Origin: Gekko japonicus
Taxonomy: Eukaryota
Assembly: GCF_001447785.1 (NCBI RefSeq)
Contig: NW_015173763.1
Location: 1 to 64,000 of the forward strand
Direction of reading: 5' to 3'
Length of the DNA stretch: 64,000 bases
A program made the position numbers and the translations under genes. Below, one piece after another: positions 38,848 through 49,766 of this stretch. The notes beneath the pieces are model-generated. The model did not search any database and had not been told where the DNA came from. It worked only from the letters and a program-made list of their open reading frames with translations. Each line of letters starts with the position of its first letter. The first letter of the stretch is position 1.

Positions 38848-38998
38848 GGGCTTATGCAGTCCTTTTAAATGTATTCCAGATGAACTCACCACTTGGAAAA
38901 GGCATTTAAAGGGACTGCAAGCCCTTTAAAAACCTTCAGAGTTCAATCACAACTTGGAGAAGGAATTTAAAGGGACCACAATCCCTTTAAATGCCTTT
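38848..38998. repeat. ~61-bp minisatellite of hairpin units running into the N-gap
   Basis: AAGGCATTTAAAGGG..CCCTTTAAA units starting at 38891 and 38952. Confidence 0.8.
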
Positions 38999-39294
38999 NN
39001 NNNNNNNNNNNNNNNNNNNNNNNNNNNNNNNNNNNNNNNNNNNNNNNNNNNCTAGGATAAGACAGATGTCATTCACCTATTAGTGACAACCCAGCCAAAG
39101 GCAGCAATCATGAACAAATTTGAACATTAAAACATCCTTTAAAATAATGTATAAAATAATTCAATAAAACATATAAACATATTATTTGTATGTTTGACAA
39201 GCACATGAAATCATATGACAAACATGAATGAAGTTAATGACTTTAATCAAAACATGATTCTCATTCCACATACACTTCTGGAGTGTGGAGACTC

Positions 39295-39466
39295 CATACA
39301 GTTTTCAAGGCAAGAGACTAAAAGAGGTGGTTTGCCATTGCCTTCCTTTGCATAGTGACCCTGGACTTCCTTGTTGGTCTCCCATTCAAATACTAACCAG
39401 TGTCAACCCTGCTTAGATTCTGAGATCTGATGAGATCAGGCTAGCCTGGGCCGTCCAAGTCAGGGC
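39295..39466 (-). mobile_element. 5S rRNA-derived SINE
   Basis: Minus strand GATCTCATCAGATCTCAGAATCTAAGCAGGG..TGGTTAGTATTTGAATGGGAGACC. Confidence 0.8.
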
Positions 39467-39798
39467 CCATATACCCGTATACAAGAAATATGTTTCCCTC
39501 ATTCCAATTTTTTGCAATTACTGTAAAATTCTAAGTTGAAATAAAAGACAAAGAATGTTCATCAGAGGGATGCAAAAGAATATCTGAAAAGGATGTTTTG
39601 CATTGCCCTAAAAACCTCAAAGGGAGAAGGTAAACTCAGACCTAAAGGAAAGAAGTCTGTTAGAGTAAAACAACTAAACAGCAACATGGCATCATAAAAG
39701 ACAGGATTGAAAAGTGTAATTATTTGGACTGAATTTGCACCAGGTTCATCCCCCCCCCAAAAAAAGGTTCACATATGAATTTAAACTTTGGAGGTGAT

Positions 39799-40018
39799 TA
39801 GGGTTGCCACCTGATGGCTGGCACCCAGCCAGAAATGGGCAGGAGGCTGGGGCATCGAGGGGTGAGGTTGTTGTACGTGATGTGACATCACTTCCAAGGA
39901 AAACTGGAAGTCACATCACATCATTCTATGAATCACCAGACACCCTATGATAAAAACATAGGAAGCATGGGTTGCCAGCAAGAGGTCTTCCATCATACTG
40001 GGAGACCTGGCAACACTA
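39799..40018. mobile_element. hAT MITE (TAGGGTTGCCA family)
   Basis: TIRs present; TSD GAGGTGAT/CAGATGAT. Confidence 0.7.
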
Positions 40019-40267
40019 CAGATGATAGCTACCTGGGTTCATTGGATATTATAGAAGAGTTACTCTAAGTGTTTCCTCCTCAGAAAATGCTCATCATCAA
40101 ATGCAAATCTTCTTTCTATACTCTCTGAAATCCTAAAAGAAAGGTTCACATTTCATTAATAGTTTGTCAACATTCTTGAAAACTGAAGCCTAATTGATTA
40201 AGCAAACCCCTGGCTTTTTCTCATGAAGCCACTCTTGATAGAACCCCATCCTGTACCTAGAAAATTT

Positions 40268-41187
40268 TTAAGTTGGAAGAAATTGAGAAGGACCGACCTT
40301 CATTAGCTGTTGTTTATTGTTTAGCTCAGGCCTCAGTAGTATAATGTAGCATTTTGGCAAAAAGATACAACCTAGCAGGCCAGCACTGGATGCTAAGATG
40401 GAAAAGATCTCCACAGCAACCATGTATTTCCCCTTGATACTCAGGTAGGCTGGAATAAAGGATAACCAAACAGTGCAAAAGACCAACATGCTGAATGTGA
40501 TAAACTTGGCTTCATTGAAACTGTCAGGCAACTTCCTGGCAAGAAAAGCAACAGAGAAGCTGACAAAAGCAAGGCAACCCATGTAGCCCAAGACACAGCA
40601 AAATATGATAGGTGATCCCTCATTACATTCCAGGATGGATTCTTCCATCATTGAATGCATGTCAACATCTGGAAATGGGGGAGAGACTCCCAACCATGCT
40701 GAGCAAATGCATACTTGAATAAGAGAACAGAAAAGAACAATAAAGTTTGCCAGTCCTTTCCCCACCAACTTCCTTAGCCTGCTTCCAGGCTTAGTGGCCA
40801 TGAAAGCTACAACCACTGTGATGGTTTTTGCTAATATACAAGAAACAGCCATTGAGAAGATGATGCCAAAAGACGTTTGGCGGAGGAGACATGTTACCGG
40901 CTCAGGTTTGCCAATGAAGAATAATGGAGAAAGAAAGCAGAGCAGGAGGCAGATAAGAAGAGTGTAGGTGAGGTTACAGTTGTTGGCTTTTACTACGGGG
41001 GTGTTGTGGTGTTTCATAAATATTCTGAGCACCAGTGCTGTGAACACAAAAAGTGAAAAAATAACAAGAAGAAGGCCAATGCCCAATGGTTCTTCAAAAG
41101 ACAGGAATGTTACAATCTTGGGAGTGCAATAATTTTGGTCCTTGTTTGGCAGATAGCCAATTGAACACTGGGAACAGTCAGCCATGT
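40268..41187 (-). CDS. V2R-D exon 6 (7TM domain, stop)
   Basis: ttcag|AC ATG; intact 7TM; spliced CDS 2640 nt = 879 aa (intron 4 spans an N-gap). Confidence 0.93.
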
Positions 41188-41466
41188 CTGAAAAAAGAAA
41201 AAAAATGGTTTCAATAAAACTGCTAAATTGTTTTTTTTCATTGTGCTCTTGCTTTAGTAGAGGGTTTAAGTAACTCTAATAATTTATAACAAAGTATAAA
41301 TCAAAATTTGTAAATTGAAGATATTTTTACATAAAACAAGCTACAGCATTAGCTAGTGAAGATGCTATGCATATTGCATATTGCATATTGCAACTGTATT
41401 GTTAGATTTTATGTATGGATTTTAGGTCTCCAGGCCTCAATATTTGTTCTGTATCTGGGCAGAGAG

Positions 41467-41796
41467 TAGGGTTGCCAGGTCCCCTCATCTACCCATTGGG
41501 ATTTGGGGGCATTCCAGGGGTGGGCAGGGACGTCATGCAGGGGATACTCTGGTTTTCTGGCAAACTGTATGATAAATTTGGCCCCAAACCATAGAATTTG
41601 CCAAAAAACAGAGCGTCCCTCATACAACGTCTCCAACGTGATGATGTCATTTCTGGGTGACATTGTATTAGGGATGTTGCATGGTGATGTCTCTGTTTAG
41701 GTGTGGGGTTTCCCACACCTGCCAGCTGGTCCATTGTGGAGAGAAGCCCCCTAAATTGGGAGATCCCCTGCTCAGACCTGGGGACTGGCAACCCTA
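41467..41796. mobile_element. hAT MITE (TAGGGTTGCCA family)
   Basis: TAGGGTTGCCAG / CTGGCAACCCTA; TSD GCAGAGAG/GCAGCGAG. Confidence 0.85.
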
Positions 41797-42894
41797 GCAG
41801 CGAGTCTAGAATGCTGAGGATGGCTGTTTTTAAAAGATCTGGGTAGAGACCCCAGAGCATTGTTGATGCTGAAGAAAGTCAGAAGACATAGGTCCAATGT
41901 ACATTGGTCTTTCCTGCCATTATGCCACCGACTCCACATCATCTAACAAATTTCTGTCTGCATCACATTCTGCATCTGCTCTCATATTGCTTTGTCTCAG
42001 CATCAGCTGTCTGCATCATTTTATTGCCATTTAGTGGCAACTCCAAGGTCACTACAGTGTCTCACCATGTTATGTGGATTTGGTTTTAAGATGGTTTAAT
42101 TGCTCCTCCCTGCCCTCTGAGCTGCTGTGAGCGATAAGCAGACAACTGGAGCCAAATCCCCCCTCCATCTTTTCTAAGAAGATATGAAATTGTCACAAAG
42201 GAAACAAGTTAGCTGAAAATCCAGTCATCTGTATTTAAAATCAACCAGGAAACATTTTCCTGCAATGATATGGGGGTGGGGGTGGTTGGAAACATGCCCA
42301 ACTTTTTGCTATTTCCTGGGGCAGTCCCCAGAATGCCCTGCCTGGCAATCGCCGGGTGTTTTGTGGTTTTTACCCAGCTTGTTCGGTCTTTCCTGCCCCC
42401 CCATCTCCCCCTCCCCAGGTCACCCCGTTTACTTTCTGCAGGGTGGGTCATAGATGCTGTTTCCTCCCCACAGTGTGGTGTGGTGCAGTGCAGTGCCCTG
42501 CTGGTGCCCCCAAGAGGCTGCTCCTTCCCCCTCTCTCTCACGCTCTCCCTAAACAAGATGCAGATGGCAAGCTTTTATACTGAGCCAAATGGGAGGCAAT
42601 GGAAGCCAGCACCAGAGCTGAAAGAAGCAGGGTTACACAGCAGATGCAGATTGGGCCATAGAACAGCTGGGAACAGCTGAGGCAAAAGGGCCAAGAGAAC
42701 CAAATGCACAAGGTTTGAGAGAGAGGAAAAGAACACTGATAGGGGGAAAAAACATTTTGACTACGATTTTTAAGAGAATGGAGGCATTGTGAATGACTGT
42801 CAAATGGAAAATCTCTCCTTCACCAATACTGTATTTGAAGGTTTAATGATGAAAGTACTCTTAAGGTTTAACAACTAAAGTAATCTGATATTAA

Positions 42895-43975
42895 CAAAGC
42901 AATTCTGGTTGGCATTTGTGGGGGTGGGAGATGGTCTTGGTCACTCTGATAGATGACTTTTGTTGGAAGAGTGAAAGCTGGATCATGTCCCTGTTGATTC
43001 TCCTGGACTCCTCAGTGGCTTTTGCTGCCATCATCCATGTTATTCTTCTGGATAGGTTAACTGAGCTGGAAGTAGGGGGCACTGTATTTTGGTGGTTCTG
43101 CCCTTACTTGACCAACTGATTCCATAAGGTGGTTCTGGGAACTGTTGCTAGTCTCCATGGCATTTATGCTTTGGGGTCTGTCAAGACCTAGATCTGGGTT
43201 CCCCTGAACCATTGCCCCTCTGATAGGCCAGCTATGGTCAGACCTGTGGGTCCCTGAAGCTGTGGGTCCCTGAAGCACACAAGAAACCAGATCTTTTCTT
43301 AAAAGGATAGGGAAAGGTTTGTTAAAGAACAAAATGGAAAAAAATGAATACCATTAGACAACACAGTCTTCTTGATTAAATGCCACAAAACAATAGAAGC
43401 TGACTTTTCTACCTAACACATTGATACTTGACATTAGATGGTACAGTCACAGACTTATGGAGTCCAAAAACAGAGGTTTAAGCATTCGTCTACAGTTCAA
43501 CATAGTCCACATCTCTGTCTGGTAAAATCACCAAGGCAGTAGTCCCCTTCCCTTGATTTCTAGCTCAATTATACTGTTTGGCCCTCTGGATGCTGCAAAT
43601 CCAGTCATGGCCCACATTCACAGGAATTCCCTGGAAGATTCCTGCATCACTCCCCCCCCCCCACACACACACCTTATGAACTGCATGTTTTCAGGAAGAA
43701 CTGATTGCCACATCCCTGACTTTGGTCTTGAAAGAGATAAGAGCCTGTGGACAAGATGGATTCATCACAGAGACCTGCAATGCTGGACCAGGTCCACTAA
43801 TATTCACATTAACCCTTGGGAGGAAACAGGGTGCCTTGCCTCACATGGTCCCCCAAGATTTCATCTTATATGCCCCAAGCCATTTAACATCTACATGAAA
43901 CCACTGGGAGGGGTAATCGAGAACTTTGGAGTGAAGTGCCACTAATATACAACACCCCACTCTATTTCTCCTGAA
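42895..43975 (+). mobile_element. L2 reverse-transcriptase fragment, split by a solo-LTR-like insert
   Basis: EMVLVTLIDD..SLLILLDSSVAF..HVILLDRL..GGTV then GVPQ..FNIYMKPLG..FGVKCH. Confidence 0.8.
43179..43845. mobile_element. Probable solo LTR
   Basis: TGT...ACA termini; 5-bp TSD GGGTC/TGGTC; removing it restores the L2 GVPQ motif. Confidence 0.65.
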
Positions 43976-44116
43976 CACCTAGGCCTGGTTTTTAATTTTT
44001 AATTTAAAACAGTGCTGAAAAAGTACATAGGAGACATAATCCAATAAACCTTGCGTACTGATGATCTTGCAGGCAGATTATAGCCAAACCATTTGGTTAT
44101 ACTGCAAAACTCTCAC

Positions 44117-44243
44117 CTTGACCATCAGAGATCATCCCTTCTGAACACCGAACGCAATTATAACAGCAGAATGGCTCCTTTTCTTTCTTTTCCTTCCTAT
44201 AACCAGGATTACAGCTCTCACTGCATACTGAAAGAGGCTGTGC
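44117..44243 (-). CDS. V2R-D exon 5
   Basis: tttag|[15 protein letters not shown]...FCCYNCVRCSEG..G|GTGAG; 127 nt. Confidence 0.95.
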
Positions 44244-44839
44244 CTAAAATATATATTAAACTTGGAAATAAAAATCACTTGGAATACTTAAGGTTCAGGA
44301 GAGAACATAGTATTCAATACCCTAAGGAAATACCCTAAGGACTTTATTTTTACATATATGATAATAACCTGAGGCTAAGATGCCTGTGTTGTATACACTG
44401 GATGCTGTGAAATGAAAGGGGTGGGTGGGTTATACCATCTATATATNNNNNNNNNNNNNNNNNNNNNNNNNNNNNNNNNNNNNNNNNNNNNNNNNNNNNN
44501 NNNNNNNNNNNNNNNNNNNNNNNNNNNNNNNNNNNNNNNNNNNNNNNNNNNNNNNNNNNNNNNNNNNNNNNNNNNNNNNNNNNNNNNNNNNNNNNNNNNN
44601 NNNNNNNNNNNNNNNNNNNNNNNNNNNNNNNNNNNNNNNNNNNNNNNNNNNNNNNNNNNNNNNNNNNNNNNNNNNNNNNNNNNNNNNNNNNNNNNNNNNN
44701 NNNNNNNNNNNNNNNNNNNNNNNNNNNNNNNNNNNNNNNNNNNNNNNNNNNNNNNNNNNNNNNNNNNNNNNNNNNNNNNNNNNNNNNNNNNNNNNNNNNN
44801 NNNNNNNNNNNNNNNNNNNNNNNNNNNNNNNNNNNNNNN

Positions 44840-45110
44840 GGGGGGAAAATGTCGGGGCTGGGGGGGGGGGGGGAGAAAAACACCACCACCGCTAAGGAAC
44901 CTTGCAGAGAGACTGCGGGGCGAAGAGAGAGAAGGGGGACAGAGAGACTGTGGGGCGAAGAGGGAGGGGGGAGAGAAAGCTGGGGGGAAGAGAGAGAGAG
45001 AGACTGGGGGAAGAGAGAGAAGGGGGGAGAAACTGGGGGGGAAGAGAGAGAAGGGGGGAGAGAGAGACAGAGAGACTGGGGGGGAAGAGAGAGAACAGGG
45101 GAAAGAGAAA
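44840..45110. repeat. Purine-rich (GA/GGG) low-complexity repeat next to an N-gap
   Basis: Repeated GAGAGACTGGGGGGAAGAGAGAGAAGGGGG units. Confidence 0.85.
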
Positions 45111-45325
45111 TATTTACTCTGTGACTGTAGGGTCAGGCTGCTGTGGACATTAACAAAAGATTATACTATACTCTATGCTGGGAATCATCTGGACAATGAA
45201 CAGAGAGGGAAAGATAGATACATTTGGCTGTTACTCTGTAGTCCCAAACTTATACTTCAGTCATGCTGTTGGAGAGATCATTCAGTATTAGCATACTTCT
45301 TTAAAGGCCTGCATTCCAGTCCTAC

Positions 45326-45553
45326 CTGGTTAAATTGGGTGTGCCATATTATGGATTCTTTGTCTATCTGGAGTGCTTGGTCTGAAGGAGCTTGAAGATC
45401 AATCTTTCCAACTTTCACTCGAGCAAGAGATTGGTTTGGGAATGTCACCCAATTGATAACATCAAATCCTGCTACCAATTCCAAATTATAGTTAAAATAA
45501 ATCTGGTCTCCAGCACTGTTGTTAAATGAGACATGTCTCAGAAAGTGATGGAG
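45326..45553 (-). CDS. V2R-D exon 4
   Basis: atag|LHHFLRHVSFNNSAG...QFNQ|GTAGG; 228 nt. Confidence 0.95.
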
Positions 45554-45619
45554 CTATATTGAAAGAAGGAAAGAGAACTTTGAAAAAAAAAATCAATTAG
45601 ACGTTTTCCCACCAGTACA

Positions 45620-46330
45620 TTTATTTATTCAGTGTAGTTTATTCTGCCTCTTCAGGGAACCTGCCCAAGAAAGCTTACAAAACAAAATACAATAAAAACT
45701 TCTCAGCCTTTAAAATTTCTTAATTAAAAGCCAGAATTAAAAGCCCAGCTGTAGCATACAACTATAATATTAAGCAGCTTTAAAAAAACTTTCAAAAGTT
45801 CTCAGACAAAAAAAGTAGATAATAAAAATGAAATTAAAAAGCAGCATGTTAATTAAATGCCTTCCAAGAGAATAGCATAGGCAGCAGATGAGAAGTAGGG
45901 TGGGCATTACATAGGTGAGGTGGCCCCACTGAAAAGGTCCTATCTCTGACCACCACAGGTCTTACCTGTGAAGGTGAGAGTACTGAGACCAGAGTTTGTA
46001 AGGATGATGTGAGCTGTCAGCCTGTACAATGTAGAAGGAGGTTGTTTTTCACATTCTCTGGGCCCAAACCACTTAAAGCCTTGAAGGAATGAACCAGCAC
46101 TTTCAATTGTCCACAGAAACAAATGTGCATCTAATGAAGATCTTTCAGCACTGGAGAAATATGATCCCTGTATCTGATCCCTAACAGTAGCTTGACTGCT
46201 TCATTTTGGGTTGACTGGATGCACTTTGGACTAGCCACATTACACTAATCTAACCTGGATGTAATGAAAGCATGGCTCACCATGATAAGGTGGTGCTTTT
46301 TGAGGAAGGGCCACAGTGGGCATATCAACC
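45620..46330 (-). mobile_element. L2 LINE 3' end, degenerate
   Basis: (TTTA)n tail on + strand; reverse similarity to 26099-26836. Confidence 0.65.
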
Positions 46331-46717
46331 AATACATAAACAGTCTAGTTAATATACAAACAACATCAGAAATTATTTCAAAAGGAATAATGGAACATTC
46401 AGGGTAGAAGAACATCTTTTTTAAAAAAACGCAAAGAAAAGCGGGGATGAAGAAATTGGTCTATGAGTACATAACATTGTATAGTGCCCTGGAGGAAAAT
46501 TTTAGGATCACAAGGTTTGGACAGTTTTTTTCATTAAATAATTAAAATATTTGTATGCTACCTCTCCTTTTGACTCATTTGAAGCTAAATGAGTTCCAGT
46601 GAGGGGAATTGATTAGGTTTAGAGAGAAAGTGTGAGGCCATTGTAAGGTCAAACTAGAGAAGACCAATCTCCCATTCCATCCTAACTCTCCCTTACAGCA
46701 AAAGGAAGAACTGGAAA

Positions 46718-46776
46718 AACCCTAGAGTCGGACACGACTGGCTTTCGAGCAAGGGAACCTTTACCTTTACCTTTTA
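46718..46776 (+). mobile_element. Sauria SINE 3' fragment
   Basis: CCCTAGAGTCGGACACGACTGG..GGGAACCTTTACCTTTACC. Confidence 0.8.
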
Positions 46777-46814
46777 CTGAACTCAAGCCCCAGTTAAGTT
46801 GTATTGTGCTATAA

Positions 46815-47182
46815 GGGCTGCGGTCACACGCAACATTAGCCACGCAAGAGATACGGAAGACAAGCGGAGTTTCCGGTCGCGATCTCACCAGCACATCTGG
46901 GAAGCGTAGCTCTTCTGTGGCACAACTGAGGCTTCCTGCCGAAAAAGCGCAGCAAAAAACTAGTACCTTGGAGGTACTAGTTTCCAGAAACTGCGGGGCA
47001 AGGGCGGGCGTCTGATCGCGTTTCCGGTGGCATCCGGCGCCCGCCCATGTCCCCTTGCGGAAAAGGGGTTTTTTTTTCCCACGTCTCCGTGGATGCGCAC
47101 ACGCACCCAACGGAGCATGCGCATTCGTAGTGTACACAAAAAAAGAAAACCAGTTCGCCGCGCCGCGCGCTTCTTCATTGCG
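46815..47182. mobile_element. Truncated Harbinger-like MITE
   Basis: Reverse complement of the right part of 57382-57910; only one TIR (GGCTGCGGTCACAC). Confidence 0.8.
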
Positions 47183-47339
47183 ACCTTTTACTGAACTCAA
47201 GCCCCAGTTAAGTTGTATTGTGCTATCAAGTCATGTTTTCACCATAATTCTTTAAGGCTGATCAATGCATCATCCTGTTTTATAGATGTCATTGTGCAGA
47301 AGATGGAATATTCTGAAAACTGTATCTACATTTATCTAT

Positions 47340-47602
47340 GTTTCGCCAGCAGTTGTGACTGGCATCCTCAGAGGTATAACACGGAAAGATGGAGTACTCT
47401 CTGTGTCAAGGTGAGACACCTTAACACAGAGAGTACTCCATCTTGACACAGAGAGTACTCCATCTTTCTGTGTTATACCTCTGAGGATGCCAGTCACAGC
47501 TGCTGGCAGAACGTCAGCAGCTTCAATGCCAAGAAAATGGCCATACAGCCCAGAAAATCTACAACAGCTAATGAACTCCAGCCGTGAAAGCCTTCAACAA
47601 AA
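47340..47602 (+). mobile_element. Penelope-like element end with an inverted (fold-back) terminal repeat
   Basis: CCTCTGAGGATGCCAGTCACAG..GGCCATACAGCCC..GCCGTGAAAGCCTTC; arms at 47340-47410 and 47442-47512. Confidence 0.8.
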
Positions 47603-48224
47603 TATTTCTTTTTTCCTTTCCCTGAAAGATCCCTGTGCTGCAATACTGTTGTGATTGTTTATTAACTCCCACAATGGTCACTGATAGTGTATTTCTTAAA
47701 GCGACAAATACTGCTTTATTATTTGGGGATGTGGTTAACCCCCCCATGGTGTGTGTTTCTCTAGATTTACGATTTTTCTGCAAACCTAGGGTTTTTCCAG
47801 ATCTGCCTTTCATGTCCATGGCTCCAGACTCTGAATGTAAGTGTCTACATATTTGGCCATGTTAACAATTAGATATATAAAAACATAAAATTAAAATATA
47901 TATCTTATGTACAGATATACTAAATAAATTATATGCAATTATGTATTTGTGCTAACACACACAAGGCTTGCCTATATAACAGAAAATGCAGTTGGGTCTT
48001 TGTGTAATCTTTTCAAAAACAATTTCATATATCTTCTTTGTGTTACAGTTAAAACAGATATTATGCCCCACATGTTAATTTTTGGGATAAATTTTGTTGT
48101 CTGATGGTTTCCTATGAGTGTTCTTCAACTTCGTGTACCTAAGACAATTTTTAGAATTTTCTGTCATTTTACAGTTGCTTCAAAGACATGTGATGCAGTG
48201 GAGAGTGTTGAGTTATTTCATAAT

Positions 48225-48648
48225 ACTGCTCCGTACTGGTGGAATGAACTCCCGGAAGAGATCAGGACCCTGCAGGATCTTTTACAGTTCCACAGAGCCT
48301 GTAAGACAGAGCTCTTCCACCAGGCTTTCAATTAAGGAGCCACACCAAACACGTGAGGAGGGACTCTGTGCCCTGGTCATACCATTTACAGCCTGTGCCC
48401 ACTGCACAAATAAGCTGAACAAACTGAGCTGGTGGGAGAACCCCATCATGATTGTTATTGTCACCTAAGTAGTACTGTCAATTTGAAACCTACTGTTTTA
48501 GCATTTTAGGATAATTGACAAATGCATTGTTTTATGGGTTTTTTATGATTGGTTTTAATTGTAATTATATATGGAATTTTATGTATGCTGCCCTGAGCCT
48601 GCCTTGGTAGGGAGGGTGGGGTATAAATTGAATAAATAAATAAATAAA
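48225..48648 (+). mobile_element. L2 LINE 3' fragment
   Basis: APYWWNELPEEIR..FHRACKTELFHQAF; (TAAA)n tail. Confidence 0.8.
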
Positions 48649-48911
48649 ATAGTATTTTTTTAAAAAATGTAGTTGTGCGAGGTTCATTTCTTCCTATTGC
48701 ATTCTTGTCTGACACAGACTGGAGTATCTCTTTAACCCACAGAGGTTGGACTCTTGCAGAGGTAGTTTATGGCAACAGCTATATTGCCAGCATTACACAC
48801 CTGATGAAGCAGCTATTGGAAGTGGTAAGGAAACACCTGTATCATAATCACTCTTAGGCTGTTGGAATTGCTACATGAATCACCATACCGATTAGAGGAG
48901 GGATCCACTAC

Positions 48912-49766
48912 CTGCCATGGTTGCTGATGCTGAAACTTCCTTCTTTCTCCTTCCATCTTTTTTCTAATATTTGATGTGTAAGAATACATAGCATGGAAAG
49001 CATAGGCAATGGCATAGATCGCATTGTAGATGCTGTAGCTATGGCCAGTCATGCTCATTTCAAATCCAGGCAGGTCCTTCAGTGTCTCACTCCCAGTGCA
49101 GTTACCTTGATTCACACTGCTCACATCCATATCTGGGAACACACAGCCAAATGTGTATGACCAAAAGTCTCTGATGAAACCATCTTCTTCTGCACTAGCA
49201 AGGTTTCTGTTCTTAAAAAAATGTCGGAATCCTTGAAGTTCGTTGGAGTGGATTCCAACAGATAATGCACCATGGAAGATTTGTACATCCCAGTGTCTTT
49301 TGTTGGCATGTGTTTTTAATTCAATCTGGTCTTCTAGAATCCAGACTTTACCTTTGGGGTTTTGCATCTTGTGATGAAGTTGTACAAGATATAGCAAACC
49401 TCTCAAAATTGTCCAACAACGAACATCTCCTTTGAAGACCACTACATTAGCTGTACTCTTCATGATTTCTCCATACATTTCTGCAAACCATTTCATATTG
49501 TCTTCCCTGAAATCACGATAACCTAAATTGGAATATGCATACATGAAGGCAAAACAGATGCCATACTGGGAAAAGATCGGAAACATCTTCTCCATGAACC
49601 ATTCTAAATTCACACCAACCACAGCAAAGAATCCAATCCACGTCCAATTGAAGTGGAGAAGTAATCGAACAATTCCCAGGTATTGATGCATGTCATTTGG
49701 GATCATATTATAGAAGAATGGAACTTGGTTGTTATCCATCATTATTGGGGCAGGACCATACAAGAG
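48912..49766 (-). CDS. V2R-D exon 3
   Basis: ttag|LLYGPAP...QPWQ|GTAGT; 855 nt open. Confidence 0.95.

Noticed and set aside
44350-45395. Long ORFs of 156-327 aa
   Set aside because: Artefacts of the N-gap and the GA-rich repeat.
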